A stretch of 64,000 nt of DNA from an uncultured Planctomycetaceae bacterium (GCA_963785305.1 CAWAUV010000007.1:1248001-1312000), one strand, 5' to 3'. Positions 12,124 to 24,197 are shown, counted from the stretch's first letter. The notes: generated by a model not told the origin, from the sequence alone. Numbers and translations: made by a program.

Positions 12124-12303
12124 ATGGTCGTGCTCGCCAAAGACGCCGCGAATTGCTCGGACTCGCCCTACAGCTTTTCGTGTCAAGAGACTTTCGAGCG
12201 GATTCGTCCCTCGAAGCAAGCTCGTCCTCCGCAAAAGAACAAGCGGGGCGGCGGCGTTCCCGGCAGTTCGCGTCTGCGGCGCAATAAGCATTGGTCCTGG
12301 TGA
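12124..12303 (+). CDS. 59-aa basic microprotein (not in ORF track)
   Basis: AAGGA RBS, ATG 12124 to TGA 12303: MVVLAKDAANCSDSPYSFSCQETFERIRPSKQARPPQKNKRGGGVPGSSRLRRNKHWSW. Confidence 0.65.
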   Translation: MVVLAKDAANCSDSPYSFSCQETFERIRPSKQARPPQKNKRGGGVPGSSRLRRNKHWSW

Positions 12304-12472
12304 GGCCCTTTGAGGCGCCGATTCGCCTTTGCGGATTGCGCTTCGGGCTTCAGAAGGCTATCGATCAACACAAGCGGCCTGGGCAAGTTTAGAACTTACC
12401 CAGGCCGTCTTCGTTTTATGATGGGCCCTGTTTGCGCCGGACGTTGGTCATGGGGAATCCGTCGCCCGACGC

Positions 12473-14459
12473 TCACGGCTTGGCTTTTGCCGCTGGCGGG
12501 CTTAGGAGGTTCATTTTCGCCAGTTCGGCGTCGAGCTCCGCCGCATGCACATTGCGATTCGTCACGCGCCCCTGCTTATCGACCAGCAGCATCGTGGGAA
12601 AGGTGAGGATGCCCATTTCGTTGGCCAAGCGGCCATCGAGGCCGCCGCCCTCGTAGATTTGCTCCCAAGGCAACCGATTCTGTCGCAGATAGGCTTGCAG
12701 CTTCAGCGGATCCTTATCCAGGCTGATGCTCACAATGGTGAATCCGCCGGGAGCGTACTTGGCTTGAATCGCTTGCAACAGCGGCATGTCGGCCTGGCAG
12801 GCGCTGTATTCGGCCGCCCAATAATGAATCAGCACCACCTTGCCCTTGTACTTGGCGAGGTCGACCGTCTTGCCGTCGAGCCCCTTGCCGCGAAGGGTGA
12901 GCGGCTTGCCGATCGAATCGAGCCGGGTCATGGCGCCTTTGGCCTTGGCGCCGGCGGAGGAGTCGGGCGGAGCAAGTTGGATAAGCTGGGTATACCAGTG
13001 ACTTGCCTTGCTTTCCTCGCCCGCTAGCTCGAGCGCGTTGGCCAGTTGCAGCATGGCTTCGACGCCATCGACGGACTTGCCGTGCTGGGTGCAATATTCT
13101 TGCAGGTCGGCGAGCCACTTGGTTTGAATTTTGGGATACTCGTCGGCCGGCTTCGTGCGGAGGCTTTCGACATATTCCGCGTTCATCGCGCGAAACTGAA
13201 CATAGGCCACGAGGTCCGGATTGTTTTCTTTCGCGCGGATGTTTTCGAGCAGTGTCTTAAGCCGCGCCACGCCCTCGGGATAGGCTTCCGCCTGCGAGCC
13301 GGCGCTCGACGCTATCGGAGAGCTGCTTGAGCCACTCGACGCGCTGCTCGCCTTCGGTCGCGTCGGCGAGTTTTTCGAGAATATCGGCCCGGCGGATATT
13401 TTGTTGGATCAGTTCGTTCTGGCCGGCGGGCGTTTCCTTGTCGAGCTTGCCGAGCTCGTCCATCAGGCTTTGAGCTTCGGCCGTCGGACGTCCGCCCAAG
13501 GGATCGCTCGAATCGCCAAAGGGCCGGGCCGGCGCCATCACTCCCCCCACTTTTTCATCGTCGGCGGCTTCCTTGGCGCTGGGCACCGCGATCAGCCTCC
13601 AAGTGTCGCCGCTACGCACCAGGGCGCCGATCGGCAACTGACCGCCGGACTTGCCATCGGTTTCGACCATCGCGAACACATTTTCATAGACCATCACATC
13701 CGCTTCCGAGCCATCGACGCCGGCCGGCACGATTCCCGGCCGCACCGCGCCAAAATAGGTCCAGCGGCTCTTCGGGCCCACGATTTTCTGCTGCTTGGCC
13801 AACTCGGCGAAGGCGGCCTTGGCGCCCGCGACGCGGCGATTGATCTCCGCGGTCTTGGCCGGGCCCAGGCCCAGGGCTTGCAACTCCTTGGCCGGAATCA
13901 AGAGCCGCTCGAAGCGGGTAAAGTCGTTGTCGCGCAGCGCGGCGATCACTTCGGCCGTGACTTCCTCGGCCGAGATCATTTTCCAGGTTTCGATTCTGCT
14001 GTCCTTGCCATCGTCGCTGGCAAAGAGTCCCCAGCGCGAGCCGGCCGTGTTGAGCCAGCGGCATTGATCGGCCTTGCCGTTGAAATTCGAGTCGATATCG
14101 CGGTAAACCTCGATGCCGTCTTTGTAATAGCACCAGAGATCGACCACATTGTTGGCATTGCTATCGACGAAGTTGCGCAAGGTTTGGCCCTGCCCGTCGC
14201 GCACCACCCAGCCTGTCTTGCCGGCGATTTTTTCGGCTTTGATCGTACACTTGGCCAAGTCGGCCGCCGCGGGCCGATCGTAGTCGACGTCTTTCTGCAC
14301 GGGCGCCAGCTTCATGGCCTGCTCGACCGTGACTCCGGCCCAGGCCGCCGTCGCGCTCATTGCCCCGGCCAGCGCGGCGACGCTCGCCGCCCGACCCAAC
14401 ACGCTAGCCAGCTTCGAACGAGAAACCGCGTGCAAGCAGAAGCCCGAACGTCGGGACAT
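12473..14459 (-). CDS. Large secreted protein with C-terminal TlpA-like redoxin domain (frameshift near 13280)
   Basis: Signal peptide, DSNxNxxxD motifs, helical region, KGKVVLIHYWAAEYSAC (first Cys of CxxC absent), FPTMLLVD. Confidence 0.8.
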
Positions 14460-14658
14460 GGCGACAACTCCGAAAGAAAGGAAGACCGGGAGAATCGTGT
14501 TCGATCACACGCCCAGCAAGATCATGCGCACAATACCAATGGATATGGTCCGCGCCCGTTGCCGGGCGTCGGCATCTTACTTTGTCGGTCGGGCTCAAAG
14601 GTCGGCTTGAACCGCTCCGGAAGAATCGTCGGACTAGGCGAATGTTTTAGTCCTTGCC

Positions 14659-15090
14659 TTACGAATCGTCGATTTGGCTGGCTTCCACATCCTGGCGGCC
14701 GCCCGCCTCCTTGAACAAAAATCGCGGCAGCCGGGTCACACGGCCCTCGCGATTCACGCATGCCAGCATGCTTTCGCCTTCGGCCAATAAGCTGTCGCCG
14801 CGATACACTTCGTAGCGATGCGCGATGCTAGCGCCGCGAGCCGCCGTGGTCGTGGTGCGCAGCCGCAAGAGATCGTCAAACGCCGCTGGCTGGTGGTAGA
14901 CACAGCGAATCTCATGCACTACCAGCATGTAGCCCATCTCTTCGAGCCGTCGATAATCGTAACCGGCCGCCCGGAGCAGTTCGGTGCGGCCGAGCTCGAA
15001 ATAGGTGAAATAGTTGGCGTGATGCACTCGCCCCTGGCCATCGGTCTCTTGATAGCGGACTCGAATTTCGACTTCGTGCTGAGTGAGCAT
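14659..15090 (-). CDS. Acyl-CoA thioesterase (YbgC/4HBT family)
   Basis: RVRYQETDGQGRVHHANYFTYFELGR. Confidence 0.9.
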   Translation of the reverse strand: MLTQHEVEIRVRYQETDGQGRVHHANYFTYFELGRTELLRAAGYDYRRLEEMGYMLVVHEIRCVYHQPAAFDDLLRLRTTTTAARGASIAHRYEVYRGDSLLAEGESMLACVNREGRVTRLPRFLFKEAGGRQDVEASQIDDS

Positions 15091-15152
15091 GCGGCGACCG
15101 GCGGAGGCGAGGCGAAAAACCAATCGAGTTCGCCGACGATGGAACCTATCGG

Positions 15153-15914
15153 CTAGGGAAGTTTACCGCCCTCGCCCGGCGGCGAACAGTCTCCGGCCTT
15201 GTCGGCCTTGTCGGCCTCGCTTGGCGTCCCCTTCGGACTCAACGCTCCAGCCGCGCCCGCGCCCAGCCCGCGAGCCCGCAGCCGCGAGGCGCGCGCCGAT
15301 TGCTGGCAAGAGCGCACGCGGCGCTCGAGCTCCTCGACCAGGGCCCGATCGTCGAGCGCGGCGACTTCCTCGACCGAAAGCGCCGGGCCGAATTCGAGAT
15401 GAATCACGGCGGGTCGCGGCAACCGGCGCGAGCGCGGCCAAGCGTCGAACGCGCCGTCGAACCCCACCGGCAAGAGCGGCTGCCGCGCGCGTCGCGCCAG
15501 CGCCACGAAACCGGGCTTGAATGCATGGACTTCGCCATCGGGGGTGCGAGTGCCCTCGGGAAAGATCAGCACCAGATCGTCTTGCTTGAGCCGCCGCAGG
15601 GTTTCCTTGAGCCCGGCCAAGCCCGATCCCTCGCGATCGATCGGAATCGCATCGAACGATTGGATCAGCCAGCGAAACGGAGCGAAGCCAAACAGCGTTT
15701 TTCGCGCCAGATAACTCAACCGTCGATCGCACGCCAAACCGACCAGCACCGGATCGAGATGGCTTTGATGGTTGGCCAGCACGAGCACTCCGCCAGTCTT
15801 GGGCACATGAAACTGGCCGCTCCAGCGCATGCGAAACACGATCACGGCCATGAGCCGCGAAAGGAACCAAACCGCGTCGTACCAGAGTCGCTTACCGAGG
15901 CTGCGTTGTGCCAT
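15153..15914 (-). CDS. plsC: 1-acyl-sn-glycerol-3-phosphate acyltransferase
   Basis: NHQSHLD, FPEGTR, FKPG motifs. Confidence 0.9.
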   Translation of the reverse strand: MAQRSLGKRLWYDAVWFLSRLMAVIVFRMRWSGQFHVPKTGGVLVLANHQSHLDPVLVGLACDRRLSYLARKTLFGFAPFRWLIQSFDAIPIDREGSGLAGLKETLRRLKQDDLVLIFPEGTRTPDGEVHAFKPGFVALARRARQPLLPVGFDGAFDAWPRSRRLPRPAVIHLEFGPALSVEEVAALDDRALVEELERRVRSCQQSARASRLRARGLGAGAAGALSPKGTPSEADKADKAGDCSPPGEGGKLP

Positions 15915-16028
15915 GCGTGTCCAAACAATCGTGTCCAAAAAAACAATGCGCTCGCCGCGAATCCTCGCGTTTTGATCGCTTCCCCCCTGCCCCGCTCGCG
16001 GCGCGGGCGACTCGCGGGCACGCGCCGG

Positions 16029-16706
16029 TCAAGGCCCCGGGTCGCCGGGCTCAAGACGGCGCCGGGCGTCGCGGACGATCTGCTCGAGCCGGTCCACGAC
16101 TTCGTCGCTCGAAAGGCCATCGGTGCAAAATTCGATCGCGTCGGGCGCCGGCATGAGACGTCCCACGACCCGGCTCGCGTCGCGCCGATCGCGCAGTGTC
16201 TGCCCCGCAAGCACTTCATCGACCGACACCCGCTCGCCGCGCGCGATCAGTTCACGGGCTCGGCGCTCGGCGCGTTCGCGCGGGCTCGCCGTGAGATAAA
16301 TCTTGCAAGCGGCGCGGGGAAAAACGACCGTGCCCTGATCGCGTCCCTCGCACACGATATCGTCATCGCCGGCCACGCGTCGCTGGAGCTCGACCAAGTG
16401 GGCCCGCACTTGTGTATTGTTGGCGGCATAGTGCGTGACGCCGGTGATCGCCTGAGTGCGAATCAGGGTCGTGACATCGCGGCCGTCGATGAGCACGCGA
16501 TCGCCCTCGAGATCGATGCGAATCTCCTTGGCCAGTTCCACTAGCGAATCGGGATCGTCCCAATCGAGCTGCCGCTCGACGGCGGCCAGGGCCACGGCGC
16601 GATACATGGCGCCGGTGTCGAGCAGCCGGAACCCGAGTCGGGCGGCCAGCGCTCGCGCCACGGTGCTCTTGCCCGCGCCGGCGGGTCCATCGATGGTGAC
16701 AATCAT
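16029..16706 (-). CDS. cmk: Cytidylate kinase
   Basis: IDGPAGAGKST, LDTGAMYRA, EGRDQGTVVFP. Confidence 0.96.
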   Translation of the reverse strand: MIVTIDGPAGAGKSTVARALAARLGFRLLDTGAMYRAVALAAVERQLDWDDPDSLVELAKEIRIDLEGDRVLIDGRDVTTLIRTQAITGVTHYAANNTQVRAHLVELQRRVAGDDDIVCEGRDQGTVVFPRAACKIYLTASPRERAERRARELIARGERVSVDEVLAGQTLRDRRDASRVVGRLMPAPDAIEFCTDGLSSDEVVDRLEQIVRDARRRLEPGDPGP

Positions 16707-16918
16707 GCGTAGCCCGGCTCGCTCACGAAATTCTGGCGCCTTGGATGTCTCGCGATCACCGTGGCGAGGCCCCTTGAGGACCGCGGCATCCTCGCGCGTT
16801 CGCGCGCGACCCGAGGATTATGCCCTTTGCCGGCCGCGAATTCCAGGTAGCATAAACCGCGAATATCGCCTCGCCTCTCGATTGCGCATGCACCGTTTCC
16901 CTAGTTGGGCGCCGCCAG

Positions 16919-17790
16919 ATGCCCCGAATCGAAATCTCGGATCCGCTCGATCCGCGCCTTGATGCTTACCGGGCGCTCAAGCAAACCAACGCCACGCGCT
17001 GGCGGCAGACGTTCGTCGTCGAGGGAGACCAGCTCGTGGCCCGGCTCGCCGCGAGTGGCCACGAGCTGGTGAGTGTCGTGGCCGACGCAACGCGTCTCGA
17101 AACCTTCTCGGGCCCGCTGCCCGAGACGACGCCGATTTTTGTGTTGCCTCGCCGCGAAATCGAACAGCTCGTGGGATTCAATTTTCATCGCGGCATGTTG
17201 GCGGTGGGCGTCCGGCCGGCGCCGCTCGCTCCCGAGCGGCTCGTCGAAATGATCGGCGCATTGCGTGTACGGCGCGAGCGCAGACCGCGGAGCACATGCA
17301 AGGCGAAAAGCCCGGGCCGGGCAAGCGGCTGATGCTCGTCGTGGCCGCCGGAGTGCAAGACCCCGAGAATCTCGGCTCGCTCCTGCGATCGAGCGCGGCG
17401 TTTGCCGCCGATGGCGTGGTGCTGGCGGGCGCGTGCGCCGATCCGTTTTCACGGCGAGTGTTGCGGGTATCAATGGGCGCGGCGCTCGGCATGCCGCTGG
17501 CCCACGCGCCCGACGCCCCGAGCGCGGTTCGCTCGCTCGAAGCCGATTGCGACATCGAATGCTGGGCCACGGTGCTCGATCCTCGCGCCGAGCCGCTCGA
17601 CAAGCTCGCCCGGCCTTGGCGATTGGCTTTGCTCTTTGGCAACGAAGGTCACGGGCTCGACCCCGCGGGTCAGCATGCTTGCCGGCGCCGAGTCACGATC
17701 GCCATGCCGCCGGGCATCGATTCGCTCAACGTGGCCGTGGCGGCGGGCATTTTTCTATATCATGTGTCGCACATCGCCCGCGACGCATGA
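16919..17790 (+). CDS. TrmH/SpoU-family RNA methyltransferase (frameshift near 17270)
   Basis: GFNFHRG, DPENLGSLLRS, LFGNEGHGL, DSLNVAVA. Confidence 0.9.
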
Positions 17791-17833
17791 CGCGAGCCAG
17801 CGAGGGACGCGAAAACCGCCGAGGCGCGAGCGG

Positions 17834-18714
17834 CTAGCCGCGGCGCCAGAGGCCGTAAAAATAGTACGCGGCGAGCCCGAAGCCGATCGCCACCACAAGC
17901 TGCCGCACCACCGCGCGGTTCATTCGCCGGGCACTCCTGGCGCCGAGATATCCGCCCGCGATCGCGGCGACGGCCATTGCAATCGCGATCGGCCACACGA
18001 CTTTTCCCTCGACGACAAACACCACGACCGACACGCCGTTGATCACCCCGGCGAGCAGATTCTTCACGGCGTTCATCTCATGGATGTCCTCGAAACCCAT
18101 GAGTCCGAGCGTAGCGAGCATCAAGATTCCGATGCCGGCGCCGAAATAGCCGCCATAGACCGACACGAAAAACTGCATTGTCATCACAAGCGCCAGATTC
18201 TTTGGTCCGGCGAGCGAGTGGCGCGGGCCGCGGCGCCCGAAGGGTCGGCTGCGGAATCGCCCGCCGGGTCGCGATTCGGCTCGCTCGCGGCGTCGGCCCG
18301 CGCGGCGGTCCAGCGGGTGATCCGCGGCTGAAGCGCGAAGAGCAGCGCGGCGCCCAAGATCAGCCACGGCACGAGCGACTGAAACACATCGGCCGGAGCT
18401 TTCACCAGCAAGAGCGACCCCAAGAGCCCGCCCACGAAACTGGGAACCGCGAGCCACCAAGTCCACGCCGGCAACCGCGCGATCTCGGTCCGATAGCCCC
18501 ACGCGCCGGCGAGCGAACCGGGCACGAGCGCCACGGCGCTGGTGGCGTTGGCAAGCACCGCGGCCAGGGCGGCGCCTTCCACGCCGGCGCCCAGCGGAGT
18601 GAGCACTCCCTTGAGCGTGGGAAAGGTGAGCAGCGTGCCGCCGCCAGCCACGGAATTGATAGCCCCGGCCAGAACCGCCGCGAGCGCGAGCGCCAGCCAG
18701 TCCCAGTTTGACAT
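17834..18714 (-). CDS. TauE/SafE family transporter (frameshift near 18200)
   Basis: INSVAGGGTLLTFP, YGGYFGAGIG, NAVKN. Confidence 0.88.
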
Positions 18715-18742
18715 GCGAATAGGTCTTTCAGTTTATCTCATT

Positions 18743-18787
18743 GCGTAATGCGCCTTTCGGCTTGCTCGCGTAATGCGCCTTTCGGCT
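18743..18787. repeat. 20-bp direct repeat x2 (period 25)
   Basis: GCGTAATGCGCCTTTCGGCT at 18743 and 18768. Confidence 0.7.
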
Positions 18788-18812
18788 CCCATGGTGACGA
18801 GCGATTCGCGCA

Positions 18813-18858
18813 AGCGGCAACGGGCGCCGGCGGCCACCTGCCAGCGCCCGTTGCCGCG
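18813..18858. terminator. Hairpin downstream of nrdJ
   Basis: GCGGCAACGGGCGC..GCGCCCGTTGCCGC 14-bp stem, no clear U-tract. Confidence 0.45.
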
Positions 18859-18905
18859 GGGGGAACAATAAAAAGTTGCTCGCGGGCCTCCGGCCCAGCA
18901 ATCCA

Positions 18906-21900
18906 TTACGAGCAACCCATGCTGTTGCCACAATTGTGGCACAGATAGCAGTTGCCATTTCGCACCGTGATCGCGCCGCAGTTTTCGCAGGCCGGCGCGT
19001 CGGCCTGGAAGCGAGCGAACTGTTCGGTGCGACTCGAGAGCGACATGGGCCCGCCGTTTTGGTCGACCTTCATGCGCACGCCGGCCCGATCCAAGAGCGC
19101 GGCGCCATCGACCAAAACCTGCCGCTCGCTGGCATGGCCGTTGGCCGTTTTCGAGCCGCCGAGTCCCTGGGTGGGCCCGTGGCCATTCGCGGGCCCGTGG
19201 CCATTCGCGGGCCCGTGGCCATTGATGTGCTGCGTGGCAGCCCGTTTCTCGGCCGCTCCTGGCCCCGCGTTCAGCCCGCCAACCTTCATGGCGGCGGGCT
19301 TGGGCTCTGTTTCCCCGTCCTCCGCCGCAGCTTCGCCCGATGCCTCGCCGCCGGCGGCCGGCGCCTCGACATGGCCCAGCGTAGCCTCGCGATAGCCGGG
19401 CAAGAAACTGAGGCCCATCCAGCGGAAGATATAGTCGACGATACTCTTGGCGATCCGAATATCGGGGTTCTTCGTAAAGCCCATCGGCTCGAAGCGCGTG
19501 TGCGAAAACTTGTTCACATACACTTCCAGCGGCACTCCATATTGCAAGCTCATCGACACGGCCGTGCCGAAGCAATCCATCAGACCGCCGATCGTGCTGC
19601 CTTCCTTGGCCATGGTGATGAAGAGCTCGCCCGGCCGGCCATCGGAATAGAGGCCCACCGTGATGTAGCCTTCGTGGCCGGCCACATTGAACTTATGGGT
19701 CAGCGATTGCCGGGTATCGGCCAGTCGCTCGCGGCGGGGCGTGGCGGCTTGCTTGGCGGCGGCGCGATCGCCTTCGGTCGAAGTGGAAAGCGGTTGGCTT
19801 TCCTTCGAGCCATCGCGATACACGGCCAGCGCCTTGAGCCCCAACCGCCAGCCCTCGACATAGGCGTCGGCGATGTCGGCCGGAGTGGTGTCGCGCGGCA
19901 TGTTGACCGTCTTCGAGATCGCTCCCGAAAGAAACGGCTGGGCCGCGGCCATCATCCGCACATGCGCCCGCCAGGCGATCGAACGCACTCCACCCCGAGG
20001 TTGGAAGGCGCAGTCGAAGACCGGCAAGTGTTCGGGCTTGAGGTCGGCGGCGCCTTCGATCGTGTCTTCGCGATTCACATGGCCGATGATCGCTTCGATC
20101 TTCGCGTCGTCGTAGCCCAGGGTGCGCAAAGCGAGCGGCACGGTTTGATTCACGATCTTGAGCATGCCGCCGCCGGCAAGCTGCTTGTACTTCACCAGGG
20201 CAATGTCCGGCTCGATGCCGGTGGTGTCGCAGTCCATGAGGAAGCTGATCGTGCCGGTGGGGGCGAGCACCGTGGCCTGGGCATTGCGAAATCCGTGTTC
20301 GCGGCCCGCGGCGAGCACTTCGTCCCACAAGCTCTTGCTGGCCCGCTTCAAATACGCCGGACACTCGGCGTCGATCTCGTCGGCGGCTTCCCGATGCATT
20401 TGCATCACGCGGAGCATCGGCTCGCGATTGATCGCATAGCCCTCGAACGGTCCCACGGCGGCGGCCAACTCGGCGCTCGTCAGGTTGGCCGAGCCATGCA
20501 ACAAGGCGGTCATTGCTCCGGCCACTCCGAGCGCGGCGGGCGAATCGTAGGCAATTCCGTTGCTCATCAGCAAACTACCCAGATTCGAATAGCCCAAGCC
20601 CAGCGGGCGGAACCGATGGCTGTTCTCGGCGATTCGCTTCGTGGGGTAGCTCGCGTGGTCGACCAGAATCTCCTGGGCGATAAAGAACACACGGCAGGCC
20701 GCCTTGAAACGATCGACATCGAACGAGCCATCGTCCTGGCGAAACTTCATCAGGTTGATGCTCGCCAGATTGCAGGCCGTGTCGTCGAGAAACATGTACT
20801 CCGAACAGGGATTCGAGGCATTGATCCGGCCCGAGTTCGGGCAGGTGTGCCAGCGGTTGATCGTCGTGTCGTACTGCACTCCCGGATCGCCGCAGCTCCA
20901 GGCGCATTCGGCCATTCGGGCCATCACATCGCGGGCCGGCCAGTTCGGGCCTTGCTTCGCGGGATCGGTCACCCAATGGGTGGCCCACTGCTTGTTTTCA
21001 TGGTAAGCGGCCATGAACTCATCGGTCAGCCGCACCGAGAGATTGGCGTTTTGAAACAAGATCGAGCTATAGGCTTCGCCGTTGAAGTTCGATTCGTAGC
21101 CGCCCTTCTCGATCAGCACCCGGGCCTTCTTCTCCTCTTTGTGCTTGCACTCGATGAACTCCATGATGTCGGGATGCCAGACCTTGAGCGACTGCATCTT
21201 GGCCGCGCGGCGGGTCTTGCCACCGCTTTTGACGACGGCCGCCACTTGATCGTAGACCCGCATGAAGGAGAGGGGTCCCGAGGGTTTGCCGCCACCGGCG
21301 AGCTTTTCGCGATGCGAACGGAGCGTCGAGAGATCGGTGCCGGTGCCGGAGCCGAATTTGAACAACATGGCCTCGCTGCGGGCGAGCTCCATGATGTCTT
21401 CCATGTTGTCTTGCACGCTCTGGATAAAGCAGGCCGAGCCTTGGGGGAATTCGTAGGGATTCTCGGGCTGGCGAACCGTTTGTGATTCGATATCCCAGTG
21501 CCAGTTGCACGACGCGCCGGTGACGCCATAGAGATGCATCAGGCCGACATTGAACCACACCGGCGAGTTGAAGGCGCCATGTTGATGCAGGCAGAGCCAA
21601 GTGAGGTCGCGATAGAAGCGTTCGCCGTCGTCGGCCGAGGCGAAGTATCCGTCTTCGAGCCCCCAGTCGGCGATGGTGCGCGACACGCGATGGATCAGTT
21701 GCTTGACACTGGTTTCCCGCTCCGGCGTGTCGATTTCGCCGTAGAAGTATTTGCTCACCACGACATTCGTGGCCAGTTGGCTCCAGCTTTTGGGAATCTC
21801 GCAGTTCGTTTGCTCGAAGAGCAGCTCGCCCGCCTCGCCCTTGATGGCGGCGGTGCGATAATCCCACTCGACGGTATCGAACGGATCGGCGAATTCCGGC

Positions 21901-22009
21901 GGGCAGAAGGTCGCGTGTACTTCAAGTCCGCGACCGCCGCGGGCCTGAAATTTACGCGACTTTCCGGCGCTGTGCGCTCGTGTTTCGTTTCCACCCCTAG
22001 GCTTGCCAT
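18906..22009 (-). CDS. nrdJ: Vitamin B12-dependent (class II) ribonucleotide reductase (frameshift near 21935)
   Basis: FNSPVWFN, SACFI, ASNPCSE, CNLASINL, APTGTISF, SKTVN, C-terminal CENC..CHNC and GCS; AAGGAG before ATG 22009. Confidence 0.95.
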
Positions 22010-22167
22010 GTGAAAAGTCTCCTTACCGTGGCTAGTAGACATGCTATCCGATTTCTATACATGCGTACAGTAGCATCTGCTCGATCCGGCGGTCGACTGA
22101 AGGCAAACCGAAGAAAACGCCGCCTAGAGAGTGGCCAGCCCGGCGCCAGTTAAAATGGGCGAACGAG

Positions 22168-22214
22168 CCACTATATATAGTATTCAGTGGCGATACAGAT
22201 ACAACATGCAGCAG
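22168..22214. promoter_or_regulatory. Tandem NrdR boxes
   Basis: CCACTATATATAGTAT (22168-22183) and ATACAACATGCAGCAG (22199-22214), 31 bp apart, fit acaCwAtATaTwGtgt upstream of nrdJ. Confidence 0.8.
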
Positions 22215-22568
22215 TTCGAGCAGTTTAACGCCTTTTAAACAGACGTCAATCGCATGGAAACCTGTCGGTGGAAGTTCTTTTCCGGCCAGTGTTTGCAGCG
22301 GAATTTCGCTGGCGCCAGCAAGCTAGCACGATCGGCCATGAATTCGGTTGTGTTTTGATTTCACTCGGAAAAACCCCCGCTTTTTGGAAATCCGACGTTG
22401 GAGACATGCCTGGGGCGAGACTCCGAAAAAAACTTTTCCCCGCTGATGGCAATCCGCCGCCACGTCGCACGCCGCTGAAGTTAATTTCCACCGCCGGTTT
22501 TTCCGGCTCTTCCGTTTTTGAGTGTGGGCTGTCGCTGGACGTGTATTACGCTGGGCGGATCACGGAAG

Positions 22569-22634
22569 CCCTCGCTGACGCTTCGGGTTATGAGGGGAAC
22601 GCCCTCCGATCACAACCCGACGCGTCAGCGAGGG
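22569..22634. repeat. Inverted REP-like pair
   Basis: CCCTCGCTGACGCTTCGGGTTATGA / TCACAACCCGACGCGTCAGCGAGGG (25 bp, 2 mismatches). Confidence 0.7.
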
Positions 22635-22840
22635 TCTGCTGCGCAAAGCGAGATTTTTCGCCGAGCAACGCACATGAAGACGAAAGAACCGGTTTTCCGT
22701 CGGCTGAAAGTACCGCCGGGTCCGCTTCGACGACCTGATGGCTTACAAGCGTCGCGACGGCGAGGCGCGGCTCAAGGTACTCGACCAGCTCACGCCCGAA
22801 GCCGAGGAGCAGGGAATGGGCTACTGATGGACCTTCGGAC

Positions 22841-24074
22841 TAGTGCTCTGTCAGGTCTGGTATGAGGGATAGAGTCGCTTAAGTTTTACCCGGGCGTCGG
22901 CGGTGGTGAATCGCCAATCGATTTTGCTGCAATTCTGGTTGCGTTGCTGTTCCCAGGCCACCACTTCTCGGCTCAGTAGCGATTTGCTTTCGATGCGGCG
23001 GTCGAGGCATTGTCGCGAAAGCACGCTCAGTTCGGTTTCCGCCATGTTGAGCCAACTGCCGTGCTTGGGAGTGTAGTGAATCTCCAGCCGCGCGGCCAAG
23101 GCGCGGGCCGTCTCCGGATCAAAGGCTTCATACAAGCTGGCGATGCCGTGGGTATTCAGATTGTCCATGACCAGCACCAGCACCGTTGCCTTGGCATACA
23201 CGGTCAGTAGCAAGTAGCGAATGAATCGAGCCCAATCGGTGCGCGTCCGTTGATCGGTGACTTGCACCGTGCGTTGGCCCGCCAGCGGTTCGACGGCCAT
23301 AAAGATGTTCGCCGTGCCACGGCGTTCGTATTCACTGTCGAATTTGGCAACGTCTCCGGGACGCGGTGGCAGCGGATCGCGGACTTCGGCCACCAACTGC
23401 TTGCTGCATTCATCCATGCAGACCATTGGCCGGCTGGGATCCTGGGGGCGATGGTACACTTCCAACACATCTTCCATCGCGGCCACGAATTCAGCCGATG
23501 GCCCACTGGGCAAGCACCAGCCCTTCTTCAACCACGGCTTAAGTTCGTTTTTTTGAGCGTTTGCCGCACGGTCTCGTAAGAGACGTGCTCCACGTAATCC
23601 AGCGTCACCATGCGATCCGCCAACAGCCGCAACGTCCAGCGTGCTCGGCCTTGCGGCGGAGCGCCGCAGGCCAAAGCCACCAGATGCGCCTCCGCCTTGC
23701 CATCAAGCAGAGGCTGGTAAACTCGCTTTCGAGGCGGGGGATCGACCGCGATTTCAAGTCCCTCTTCGACGAACCGTTTCCGCAGCCGCTCCACGGTGGC
23801 CCGCCCGCATCCCAACGCCTCGACAATCTCCGGATCGGATTTGGCAGGTCCGCCATCCGATTGATCCGCCAGCAACAACATGCGAGCCCGATTCAACTTT
23901 TGCGCGGCGCCCTTGCCCGTCGAAACCAACTTCCGCAATCCCCGCCGCTCATCCTCCGTCAACGTCACCCGATAAAACTTTTCCATGGCGCCCTCCTTGG
24001 CATCGGAACATCGATCTTTCAACCAACCACGCCTAAAGAGTACCATCCATCGTGCCGTTGCTGACAGAGCACTA
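22841..24074 (-). mobile_element. IS630-family insertion sequence
   Basis: TAGTGCTCTGTCAG / CTGACAGAGCACTA inverted ends in CTAG context (TA target). Confidence 0.93.
22851..23986 (-). CDS. IS630 transposase (orfA 23528..23986 + orfB, -1 frameshift at A7)
   Basis: HTH orfA ending LKKTNLSRG; DDE motifs VCMDE, VMDNL, WLNMAETE; T7 run 23548-23554. Confidence 0.92.
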
Positions 24075-24081
24075 GATACCC

Positions 24082-24170
24082 TAGAATCTATCCGGCAACT
24101 CCCCCCTCTCCCTTTGGGAGAGGGTGAGGGTAGGGTGAGGGGCTCGCCGAGCTTCTCGGATAGGTTGTTA
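24082..24170. repeat. MITE/REP-like element, copy B
   Basis: TAGAATCTATCCG..CGGATAGGTTGTTA ends around CCCTCTCCCTTTGGGAGAGGG. Confidence 0.65.
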
Positions 24171-24197
24171 ACCAGGGCGTCCGGAACGGAGGTTCGA

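Noticed and set aside
18876..21485. 869-aa plus-strand ORF and similar long antisense ORFs (13401..14714, 15300..16544, 47874..49085)
   Set aside because: Shadow ORFs opposite well-supported genes in high-GC DNA
18906..22009. Intein or intron in nrdJ
   Set aside because: Catalytic motifs are contiguous; no intein termini or endonuclease motifs seen
22010..22560. Cobalamin riboswitch upstream of nrdJ
   Set aside because: No B12-box recognised; NrdR boxes account for the visible motifs
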